Assembly: GCA_017517865.1 (NCBI GenBank)
Contig: JAFWYB010000032.1
Location: 6,915-70,914, forward strand
DNA length: 64,000 nt
Origin: Clostridia bacterium
GTDB taxonomy: Bacteria > Bacillota > Clostridia > Oscillospirales > Acutalibacteraceae
Direction of reading: 5' to 3'
Below, piece by piece: positions 9,892-17,706 of the stretch (position 1 is the first letter of the stretch; each line of letters begins with the position of its first letter). The position numbers and the translations under genes were made by a program. Below the pieces are notes generated by a model. It made no database searches. It was not told the origin of the DNA and saw nothing but the letters and a program-made list of their open reading frames with translations.

Positions 9892-9924
9892 AAAAAAGAG
9901 ATACCCGGTCAAAAGGGTATCTCT
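9892..9924 (-). terminator. rho-independent terminator of the SGNH hydrolase gene
   Basis: Stem AGAGATACCC/GGGTATCTCT (9897-9906/9915-9924). U-run on the minus strand from the A-run at 9892-9897. Confidence 0.75.
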
Positions 9925-9940
9925 TTGGTGTTTTTAGAAC

Positions 9941-11416
9941 TCAGATTTCACAGAAAGCTCTGAGATAAGCGGCAGCCTCTGCTCTTGTAATACCGCCGTC
10001 TGTTTCAAAGGCATTATCTGCAAAAACTCTGAATGAAAGGGAAATGCCCTTGAAGATTCCGCTGAAGCCCTTCTTGAAGGATGCGGAGAAGAGAGAAATT
10101 GCAAACCTGAGCACCTTTGCGGGTGATTCGTCATCTGTAGCGTTATCAGCGCCCGTAACAGCGTTCATAGCTTCATTAAGGTCGCCGTTAGTAAAGGCGT
10201 CGTCGGGGCTGAAGGTTGTGTCTGAAGTGCCGCTCATAATGCCGTTAGCAACAACAAATTCAATGTCGTTGTAGTATTTGTGACCGGGAGCAACGTCACT
10301 GAACTGCTTTGAAATAACGGGGTCGAGGAGAGCCTCTATGATTTTGTTTGCGATAAACTTATGTCCGTCAGCATCCGGGTGACTGTCAACGTAGGTTGTG
10401 CCGGTTGTATCAACATATGTATATCCGAATTTTTCAGCGCCTTCAATCATAGGCTTGTTGCCCACTGACATAATGAAATCAACAATAATTGAGGTGAGGG
10501 CTGCTTCAAGCTCGTCGGGCTCTTCACCTTCGGGAACAACGGGAGCACCTTCAACACCGTTGTAGTCGTAATGCTTGCCCTTGAGGCTGTTGTCGCTCAT
10601 ACCGAGAACAAGAAGAGTTACGTCGGGGTTAAGGTCGTAGATATCCTGAATCATAATATCCCAGTTACTGTAGAAGTTGCCGAGACCGTAGTTGAGAGCT
10701 GCGGGAACCTCTGAAAGAAGTGCAGGGAGTGCACCGGCAAGGTGAGCAACCTCAATAAGCTTTTCAACGGTAGCAAGGTCCATTGTGCTCTTTTCGAGGA
10801 TGTCGTTTACCATTGCCATAAATTCGTCGCCTACATTCTGAGCTTCAAGCAGGTCAGTTATTACCCAACCGAGGTATGCGCCCCAGTCGTTACCGCCTAT
10901 ACCGAGAGTAATAAGGTCAGCTTCGGCAATTGACTTTTTGAATTCATCTCTGAAATGCTCTGAACCGGGAAGAAGGTTTACGCCGTGACAGTCGCATACC
11001 TGATCCTCATAAACGTAAAGATGGCTGGGATGGAAAAGGTATTCATCCTCGCAGGTTGCTGCGAAATCATCCTCGAGCATATAGCGCATTTCAATTGTTC
11101 TGAAGCCGGGGCCTGCAAGAGCCGTCATTGACTTGTCGGCAATTATTGAATCAGCAACGATGTCTGCGTAAGAGCCGGGAACACGGTAATAGGTTGTTTC
11201 GTTGTTCTGCTCGTTGAAAAGAGCATCGTCTTCGCTCATTTCGTCACGGTAGCCGCAGGCAACGCTGTCACCGAGAAGAAGGTAGTTTTCAAACTGACCG
11301 TAGTGTTTTGCTACTGCTTCCTCATTAAGCTCAAAAGCTGCACTGCCTACAAAAGAAGCAGAAAGCATAACGAGAGCGAGAACAACAGCAATTGATTTTT
11401 TCATAAAGCTTTTCAT
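9941..11416 (-). CDS. secreted SGNH/GDSL-type hydrolase with C-terminal S-layer homology (SLH) region
   Basis: Signal peptide MKSFMKKSIAVVLALVMLSASFVGSAA. GDS block LLLGDSVACGY. C-terminal SLH-like FSDVAPGHKYYNDIEFVVANGIMSGTSDTTFSPDD and ITRAEAAAYL. Confidence 0.7.
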   Translation of the reverse strand: MKSFMKKSIAVVLALVMLSASFVGSAAFELNEEAVAKHYGQFENYLLLGDSVACGYRDEMSEDDALFNEQNNETTYYRVPGSYADIVADSIIADKSMTALAGPGFRTIEMRYMLEDDFAATCEDEYLFHPSHLYVYEDQVCDCHGVNLLPGSEHFRDEFKKSIAEADLITLGIGGNDWGAYLGWVITDLLEAQNVGDEFMAMVNDILEKSTMDLATVEKLIEVAHLAGALPALLSEVPAALNYGLGNFYSNWDIMIQDIYDLNPDVTLLVLGMSDNSLKGKHYDYNGVEGAPVVPEGEEPDELEAALTSIIVDFIMSVGNKPMIEGAEKFGYTYVDTTGTTYVDSHPDADGHKFIANKIIEALLDPVISKQFSDVAPGHKYYNDIEFVVANGIMSGTSDTTFSPDDAFTNGDLNEAMNAVTGADNATDDESPAKVLRFAISLFSASFKKGFSGIFKGISLSFRVFADNAFETDGGITRAEAAAYLRAFCEI

Positions 11417-11508
11417 TGTGTTTTCCTCCGAAAATTTTTTTATTCATACACAGAATATATTACTATAATTGTACTTTGGAGTCAAGGGTGAATTAACAAA
11501 TTGTGAAC

Positions 11509-11546
11509 AAAAACCCGACAGTACGGTGTGTACTGCCGGGTTTTTC
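11509..11546 (-). terminator. rho-independent terminator (bidirectional look) downstream of the XRE gene
   Basis: Stem CCCGACAGTAC/GTACTGCCGGG (11514-11524/11530-11540), flanked by AAAAA and TTTTT. Confidence 0.75.
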
Positions 11547-11593
11547 AGCTTCTATTGAATTTTGTAATCTGTTATACACTATAACAAACCGTT

Positions 11594-11836
11594 TTATCCT
11601 TCATATTCAATCAAATCTTCGACCTTGCAGTTGAGTACAAAACAAAACCTTGCAAGAACATCGCTGTCAATTCTTTCAACCTCACCGTTGTACCATTTGT
11701 TTACAACCTCGAAGCGGGTGCTTGTCATTTTAGAAAGCTGATAGCGAGTGATATTGTTTTTCTCTATGACCGAACGTAATTTTATTCTGATTTTTCCGTA
11801 TTCGCACATAGTTGCTATCTGTTTGGTCTTTTCCAT
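11594..11836 (-). CDS. XRE/Cro-C1 family helix-turn-helix transcriptional regulator
   Basis: ATG at 11836 (MEKTKQ) behind a GGTGAT RBS. HTH segment ITRYQLSKMTSTRFEVVNKW. C-terminal LCKVLNCKVEDLIEY-type ending typical of HTH_3/HTH_26. Confidence 0.75.
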   Translation of the reverse strand: MEKTKQIATMCEYGKIRIKLRSVIEKNNITRYQLSKMTSTRFEVVNKWYNGEVERIDSDVLARFCFVLNCKVEDLIEYEG

Positions 11837-11887
11837 ATAATCACCTACAATTATTATATGTATATATTCTATTTTCATAGTAACATC

Positions 11888-11916
11888 TTGACAAATTACA
11901 TATTGATAGTTACTAT
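11888..11916 (+). promoter_or_regulatory. sigma-A type promoter P1 of the islet (TTGACA-17-TACTAT), upstream of the SLOG gene
   Basis: TTGACA 11888-11893, 17-nt spacer, TACTAT 11911-11916. Shares ATCTTGACAAA and GTTACTAT with the promoter at 12406. Confidence 0.5.
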
Positions 11917-11943
11917 GTATATAGAAGTAATGGAGGTGACAGT

Positions 11944-12384
11944 ATGATTTGTGCTTTTTTCGGACACAAGAATGTACCTGACGGACTCGGGGAATTACTT
12001 GAAAAAGAAATCGGTTGCATAATAGAATTTTTCGGTTCAGATACAGCTTTTTATGTTGGTGACAAGGGTCACTTTGACCGCTTGGTTCAACTGACTCTGA
12101 CCAAGATGAAAGATAAATACCCTGGAATAGAGGTGTATGTTGTACTTGATAATATACCTGAAAGAGATAATTATTTTAATTTGCCCACAATTTTGCCCGA
12201 TGGGTTTGAGAGCGTTCCTGCCCGTTTCGCTATGGCACACAGAAATAAATGGATGATAGATAAGTGCGATCTTGCGGTGGTTTATTTTAACGATGTTGCA
12301 AGCAACACAAGAAAGCACGTTGATATGTTGAAAAGTAAAAACAAACCGATTATAAATATTGCTGATATGGTGCCATTGATGTAA
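11944..12384 (+). CDS. SLOG-fold protein, YpsA/DUF1273-like
   Basis: 146 aa. Layout matches recalled B. subtilis YpsA: N-terminal FFGHK vs ITGYK, YVGDKGHFD block, KYPGIEVYVVL vs EYPDLKVAVI, NKWMIDKCDLAVVYFN vs KNQFFIDKSDGLLLLYD. GGAGGTG RBS. Confidence 0.65.
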   Translation: MICAFFGHKNVPDGLGELLEKEIGCIIEFFGSDTAFYVGDKGHFDRLVQLTLTKMKDKYPGIEVYVVLDNIPERDNYFNLPTILPDGFESVPARFAMAHRNKWMIDKCDLAVVYFNDVASNTRKHVDMLKSKNKPIINIADMVPLM

Positions 12385-12405
12385 TTTGAGCTTTTTAACT
12401 GTATC

Positions 12406-12434
12406 TTGACAAACTGTATATATAGTGTTACTAT
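12406..12434 (+). promoter_or_regulatory. sigma-A type promoter P2 of the islet (TTGACA-17-TACTAT), upstream of the zinc-ribbon gene
   Basis: TTGACA 12406-12411, 17-nt spacer containing the near-palindrome ACTGTATATATAGT, TACTAT 12429-12434. Confidence 0.5.
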
Positions 12435-12464
12435 TTCAGCAAGGGAAGAAGGAGGAAGAAAAGT

Positions 12465-13718
12465 ATGTATTGTGAAAATTGTGGAACTCAGCTAAATGAA
12501 AATCAGAAATTCTGCGGTGTTTGCGGTGAGAAAATAATAAAGGATGCACCGTCGGCAATCGAAAAAAATGATGAAAATATTACAGAAAATCAAATTGATG
12601 AGCCATCAGAAAAGACGGAGTCAGTTGGTGAAAGCCGACCTCAATTTTGTCGGGAGAATACTTTTAACAGTGAATCTTCGCTTGTTTCCCCGGTTATTGA
12701 GCCTCAGGAGGATTTAAAAGATACAAGCTCGCGCTCCAAAGTAAAACATAAAGCAATTTTGGTAGCTGTCGGATGTCTTTTGGTTTTTTCCTTATTTGCA
12801 TTTGTGGTTTTTCACGATTGGACCTCTGATGAAGAAAGAATAAAATGTGCGGAAGCCGCTATTTTATCGGAAGACTATGAAACTGCCTTACTATACATAG
12901 ATGAAATGAAATCATCTTCTGAAGCTGAAATTCTGGAAGCTTATATTAGCTTTCATAAAGCTACCGTGGCCTTTTCTGAAAAATGCAGTCAAATCGGTAT
13001 AGAGTCAGAGGATAACGATCTGTTGACTGCTGAATATGAAAATTTGCTGACTGTTATAAATCGATTTGAAGAGAACTATACTTCCGACAGGTTGCGCGAG
13101 GAGTTGAAAAATTATTTTTATATGTATGCTGCCGCATCGGATTATGTTGAAAGTACATACGGCCCGGAGGGGTATCAATATTGGAGTCTTAATGATTTGA
13201 TTAATGATATGCAAGGTTATTACCTGAATCTGATTGAGCGACGAAACAGTTATTACGATAAGGATGATACATTCAGTTTGGGCGTTCAGGCAGAGAGAAC
13301 TGATGAATCGTTGAAAGCCTATGGAAATTTTAAAGATTTTGATTTCAAAATAATTGATCCGCCTGTTATAAGATACTGCAAGGATAATCTTGAAAGCGAA
13401 AATGGAGAATATTTTGTAAATCACAGTATATTTTCTGAGCTTAACGGATCTTCAGCTTTAACTGATATGTATAAATTTAGACTGGACTTAGAGCAGGACT
13501 ATATTGAAACCAAGCTTGAAAAGTGGGAATTAGATGACAAGCTTTATATGACAGCTGTAACGGAGACGGATTATCCTTTTGAATCTTTTTATGGAGATTG
13601 TTATGTGCGTATAAGCAGCATGGCGGATACTTATGCTAATACCCGTGAAAAGCTCGAAGCATTGAGGTTGGAAGTTTTCTGCGGTCTGGTTGGTATTGAT
13701 GTTGTGCCTTATTGTTAA
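12465..13718 (+). CDS. zinc-ribbon domain membrane protein, function unknown
   Basis: N-terminal CxxC...CxxC (MYCENCGTQLNENQKFCGVCGEKI), acidic linker, one TM (AILVAVGCLLVFSLFAFVVF), then about 300 aa of helical C-terminal domain. AGGAGG RBS. Confidence 0.6.
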   Translation: MYCENCGTQLNENQKFCGVCGEKIIKDAPSAIEKNDENITENQIDEPSEKTESVGESRPQFCRENTFNSESSLVSPVIEPQEDLKDTSSRSKVKHKAILVAVGCLLVFSLFAFVVFHDWTSDEERIKCAEAAILSEDYETALLYIDEMKSSSEAEILEAYISFHKATVAFSEKCSQIGIESEDNDLLTAEYENLLTVINRFEENYTSDRLREELKNYFYMYAAASDYVESTYGPEGYQYWSLNDLINDMQGYYLNLIERRNSYYDKDDTFSLGVQAERTDESLKAYGNFKDFDFKIIDPPVIRYCKDNLESENGEYFVNHSIFSELNGSSALTDMYKFRLDLEQDYIETKLEKWELDDKLYMTAVTETDYPFESFYGDCYVRISSMADTYANTREKLEALRLEVFCGLVGIDVVPYC

Positions 13719-13725
13719 TTTCTCC

Positions 13726-13754
13726 TTGACAATCCTTTCTATTTATGCTAAAAT
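13726..13754 (+). promoter_or_regulatory. sigma-A type promoter of the valS leader (TTGACA-17-TAAAAT)
   Basis: TTGACA 13726-13731, 17-nt spacer, TAAAAT 13749-13754, directly upstream of the T-box leader. Confidence 0.6.
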
Positions 13755-13761
13755 CTAACGG

Positions 13762-14006
13762 ATATTTCAAATGGCTTTGATAAAGAGGAGTAACACATCA
13801 TAGCTTTCAGAGAGAAGACGGTTGGTGCAAGTCTTTAAGTGAAAATGTGTGAAGGTAGCTTTTGAGCCTCGGGAAGAAAGGTGTATCCGATTAGAACCCG
13901 ACGTATGTCTGCGTTAAAGATTTTGAGTGCGGTGTATTCTTACGCCGAATTCAGGTGGTACCACGAGCAAAAAGCCTCGTCCTGATGTTCAGGACGGGGC
14001 TTTCTT
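13762..14006 (+). promoter_or_regulatory. T-box riboswitch leader (tRNA-sensing attenuator) of valS
   Basis: Stem I elements AGAGA (13811-) and GGTTGGTGCAA. F-box-like GCGTTAA (about 13912). Conserved T-box sequence AATTCAGGTGGTACCACGAG (13948-13967). Terminator GCCTCGTCCTG/CAGGACGGGGC plus TTTCTT (13974-14006). Candidate specifier in GAAGGTAGC (13851-13859). Confidence 0.9.
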
Positions 14007-14007
14007 A

Positions 14008-14187
14008 AATTCGCAATGCGCAATTCACAATTCGCGATTGCGAAAAAAGCAGTTATTGAAAGAAAAATGTTCCCGCAGAGCAAATTGCAATTAAATTTTG
14101 CTTTGGTTTTTATTTGGCGGCAACAAGTTTCTTTTTTATATTAAACAATACCCGCGATTGCGCATTGAGAATTGCGCATTGCGAATT
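14008..14187. repeat. CGCAAT/ATTGCG-rich inverted-repeat element inside the valS leader
   Basis: AATTCGCAATGCGCAATTC (14008-14026) is the exact reverse complement of GAATTGCGCATTGCGAATT (14169-14187). Imperfect extension to about 35 nt. ATTGCGCATTG is directly repeated at 14157 and 14171. Confidence 0.7.
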
Positions 14188-14209
14188 GAATTTGAACGGA
14201 GTGAAATAA

Positions 14210-16831
14210 ATGGCAAAAGAACTTGCAACAAAGTACGATCCGAAAGACGTTGAAGACCGTATTTACAAATCATGGCTTGACGGCAACTACTTCCACGCTG
14301 AGGTAGACCCTGAAAAGAAGCCCTACACAATCGTAATTCCGCCCCCAAACATCACAGGTCAGCTTCATATGGGTCATGCCCTCGATAATACTCTTCAGGA
14401 TATTCTTATCCGTTACAGAAGAATGCAGGGCTATGACACCCTCTGGCTTCCCGGTACTGACCACGCTTCAATTGCTACAGAAGCCAAGATTGTTGAAGCA
14501 ATGAAGGCAGAAGGCATCACAAAGGAAGATATCGGCAGAGAAGGCTTCCTCAAAAGAGCCTGGGAGTGGAAGGCTCAGTACGGCGGCAGAATTATCGAAC
14601 AGCTTAAGAAGCTCGGCTCATCCTGCGACTGGGAAAGAGAGAGATTTACCCTTGACGAGGGCTGCTCAAAGGCTGTTAAAGAGGTTTTCGTTGAGCTTTA
14701 CGAAAAGGGACTCATCTACCGCGGTGAAAGAATCATCAACTGGTGTACTCACTGTAAGACATCAATCTCCGACGCTGAGGTTGAATACGAGGAAAAGGAC
14801 GGCAACTTCTGGCATTTTGCATATCCCTTCGCAGACGGAAGCGGCAGCATTATTGTTGCAACAACCCGTCCCGAGACTATCCCCGGTGATACGGGTATCG
14901 CAGTACATCCCGACGACGAAAGATATAAGGACGTTATCGGTAAAACAGTAATTATGCCCGTTATCGGCAGAGAAATCCCCATCGTTGCAGATACTTATGC
15001 AAAGATGGATAAGGGTACAGGTGCGGTTAAAATCACACCCGCTCACGACCCCAACGATTTTGAGGTTGGCCTTCGCTGCAATCTTCCCGTACTTGATGTT
15101 ATGACCGACGACGGTTATATGAACGAAAAAGCAGGCAAGTATGAGGGAATGAACCTTATGGAATGCCGCAAGGCTATTGTTGCTGACCTTACCGAGGCAG
15201 GCGCACTTGTTAAGATTGAGCCCACAAAGCACGAGGTAGGCACCTGCTACCGTTGCCACACTGCAGTTGAGCCCAAGGTTTCAAAGCAGTGGTTTGTTAA
15301 GATGGAGCCCCTTGCAAAGCCTGCTATCAAGGTTGTACGTGACGGTGAGGTTAAGTTCATCCCCGAGCGCTTTGATAAAATTTATTTCAACTGGATGGAA
15401 AACATCCGTGACTGGTGTATTTCGCGTCAGCTCTGGTGGGGTCACAGAATTCCCGCCTGGTATTGTGCTGACTGCGGTGAAATCACCGTAAGCAAGGGAG
15501 AGCCCACAGAGTGCTGCAAGTGCGGCAGTAAGAATATTGAGCAGGACCCTGATACTCTCGATACATGGTTCTCATCGGCACTCTGGCCCTTCTCAACTCT
15601 CGGTTGGCCCGAAAAGACTCCCGAGCTTATGCACTACTATCCCACAAGCACCCTCGTAACAGGTTATGATATTATCTTCTTCTGGGTTGCAAGAATGATT
15701 TTCTCTGCTTGTGAGCAGATGGGTCAGGTGCCCTTTGATACAGTATTTATCCACGGTATCGTGCGTGACGAGCTCGGCAGAAAGATGAGTAAGTCTCTCG
15801 GCAACGGTATTGACCCGCTGCTTGTTATCGATAAGTACGGCGCTGATGCTCTCCGCTTTACTCTTGCAACGGGTAACAGCCCCGGAAACGATATGAGATA
15901 CTCCGATAAGAAGGTTGAGGCTTCAAGAAACTTTGCCAATAAGATCTGGAACGCCGCACGTTTCATCCTTATGAATCTTGATGAAAATGAGCCTGCACCT
16001 CATATCCCTGCTGACCTTGCTCTTGAAGATAAGTGGATTCTTTCACAGTTTAACTCACTGACTAAGGAGGTTACGGACAACCTCGATAAATTCGAACTCG
16101 GTATCGCAGTTCAGAAGCTTTATGACTTTATCTGGGACCTTTTCTGCGACTGGTTCATTGAGCTTGCAAAGATAAGACTTCAGAAGGGCGGCGACGAGGC
16201 TAAGACCGCAAAGGCAGTTCTCGTTTATGTTATGAGCGAAACACTCAAGCTCCTTCATCCCTTTATGCCATTCATCACAGAAGAAATCTGGCAGACTCTT
16301 CCTCACGACGGCGAAACAATTATGAAGTCTGCATGGCCTGAATTCAAGGATGAGCTTGTATTTACCGATGACGAAGCAAAGATGGATATCATTATGGATG
16401 CCATCCGTGCTGTACGTAACAGAAGAGCTGAAATGAACGTACCTCCCTCAAGAAAGGCACACGTTTATATTGCAACCGAAAAGAAGGATGTTTTCGAAAC
16501 TGCAGTGGTATTTATGCAGAAGCTTGCTTCCGCATCCGACGTTACAGTCGGTGAAGCCTTTAATATCGAGGGCAGTGTAAGCATCGTTACAGCTGACGCC
16601 AAGATTTATATTCCTATGGGCGACCTTGTAGACTTTGAAGCTGAAAGAAAGCGCCTTCTCAAAGAAAAGGAAGCGGCAGAAAAGAAGCTCGCTCAGATTA
16701 ACGGCAAGCTCTCTAATCCCGGCTTCCTTGCAAAGGCACCTGAGGCTGTTATCGCAGGTCAGAAAGCCGATGCAGAAAAGCTCACCGAAAAGATAAAGAT
16801 GATAGACGAAAGCCTCGCATCACTTCAGTAA
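14210..16831 (+). CDS. valS: valine--tRNA ligase
   Basis: 873 aa. HIGH-type motif QLHMGHAL and KMSKS ([10 protein letters not shown]). C-terminal coiled coil. GGAG RBS. Confidence 0.97.
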   Translation: MAKELATKYDPKDVEDRIYKSWLDGNYFHAEVDPEKKPYTIVIPPPNITGQLHMGHALDNTLQDILIRYRRMQGYDTLWLPGTDHASIATEAKIVEAMKAEGITKEDIGREGFLKRAWEWKAQYGGRIIEQLKKLGSSCDWERERFTLDEGCSKAVKEVFVELYEKGLIYRGERIINWCTHCKTSISDAEVEYEEKDGNFWHFAYPFADGSGSIIVATTRPETIPGDTGIAVHPDDERYKDVIGKTVIMPVIGREIPIVADTYAKMDKGTGAVKITPAHDPNDFEVGLRCNLPVLDVMTDDGYMNEKAGKYEGMNLMECRKAIVADLTEAGALVKIEPTKHEVGTCYRCHTAVEPKVSKQWFVKMEPLAKPAIKVVRDGEVKFIPERFDKIYFNWMENIRDWCISRQLWWGHRIPAWYCADCGEITVSKGEPTECCKCGSKNIEQDPDTLDTWFSSALWPFSTLGWPEKTPELMHYYPTSTLVTGYDIIFFWVARMIFSACEQMGQVPFDTVFIHGIVRDELGRKMSKSLGNGIDPLLVIDKYGADALRFTLATGNSPGNDMRYSDKKVEASRNFANKIWNAARFILMNLDENEPAPHIPADLALEDKWILSQFNSLTKEVTDNLDKFELGIAVQKLYDFIWDLFCDWFIELAKIRLQKGGDEAKTAKAVLVYVMSETLKLLHPFMPFITEEIWQTLPHDGETIMKSAWPEFKDELVFTDDEAKMDIIMDAIRAVRNRRAEMNVPPSRKAHVYIATEKKDVFETAVVFMQKLASASDVTVGEAFNIEGSVSIVTADAKIYIPMGDLVDFEAERKRLLKEKEAAEKKLAQINGKLSNPGFLAKAPEAVIAGQKADAEKLTEKIKMIDESLASLQ

Positions 16832-16865
16832 TTCTAATCCCCTCGGCTTATGTCGTGGGTGTATA

Positions 16866-16907
16866 CAAAAAAGGACAGACCCCGGGGTCTGTCCTTGCGT
16901 ATTTTTT
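16866..16907. terminator. bidirectional rho-independent terminator between convergent valS and the DUF1653 gene
   Basis: Stem AAGGACAGACCCC/GGGGTCTGTCCTT (16871-16896) with A-run upstream and T-run downstream. Confidence 0.85.
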
Positions 16908-17658
16908 ACCACGTTCTTTTTGCTCCGCATCTGGTGCAGTAAACGTATTTGAGAGGAATTGCCGCTGAGCAGCTTTGACATATCCAGCAGGTTTCTCCCT
17001 GAGCTATTTCGGAAGAAAGAGCCTTGCTCGTTACGTTGCGTGCTTTTTCACGAAGAATATCGGTTATTATTCCGTCAACACATCTGAAAAGCTCAAAGAA
17101 AAAGGGGCTTCTCGGAAATACACAGCAAAATTCCTCGCCGTTTTCAAAGCGGCAGACAAATCTGTCTTCGTCTGAAAATGAAGCATATTTATATTTTTCC
17201 GCAAGAGCACCGTCGGTGCTCCAGTTTTCGAAATCCGTCCTGCAAAGGGCGGTTATTATTTTTTTCTTTATTTCTTCAGTTACGCTGATTTCTTCAGATT
17301 TTTCGGTGCCGTCTGCGAGTAAAAAGCTTTTTTTGAGAAGATTTCCGTCATAGCTCAAGGCACCGTCGGAAATGCGGTTGCAGCTGATTGAAAATTCTTT
17401 AAGCTCAGAAATGCGCATAGTCTCATAGTTCCAGAGAAAGAGCCTTTCTTTGATAAACTCAAATCTTTTAAAGGCCTTTCCGTCACGTTCAACCATTTCA
17501 TTCCACATTGATGCGGGTCTTACCCACAGACCGCCGTCACCGTAAAGTGCCTTATATACCACCATATCCTCGGTGGTTTCGCTGTGCTTTGCTATGGCAA
17601 CAACCTCGTATTCGTTGCCCTTGAAATGACGGTATCTGCCTAATCTGATTTCTTGCAT
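16906..17658 (-). CDS. DUF1653 domain protein fused to an unknown middle domain and a C-terminal zinc ribbon
   Basis: N-terminal GRYRHFKGNEYEVVAIAKHSETTEDMVVYKALYGDGGLWVRP recalled as DUF1653. C-terminal CWICQSC...CTRCGAK. Confidence 0.6.
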   Translation of the reverse strand: MQEIRLGRYRHFKGNEYEVVAIAKHSETTEDMVVYKALYGDGGLWVRPASMWNEMVERDGKAFKRFEFIKERLFLWNYETMRISELKEFSISCNRISDGALSYDGNLLKKSFLLADGTEKSEEISVTEEIKKKIITALCRTDFENWSTDGALAEKYKYASFSDEDRFVCRFENGEEFCCVFPRSPFFFELFRCVDGIITDILREKARNVTSKALSSEIAQGETCWICQSCSAAIPLKYVYCTRCGAKRTW

Positions 17659-17706
17659 AATATGTACCTTTCTTAAGTAAGTAACAGCTCCGCCTGATGG
17701 GGAGAG

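Noticed and set aside
11547-13720. Prophage or integrative-element interpretation of the AT-rich islet.
   Set aside because: No integrase, recombinase, tRNA attachment site or flanking direct repeats are visible, and three genes is too small for a prophage. I kept it as an accessory islet of unknown mobility.
14136-14348. 70-aa minus-strand ORF spanning the valS start region.
   Set aside because: It overlaps the valS RBS and N-terminus and the inverted-repeat arm. It has no RBS or motif and is probably spurious.
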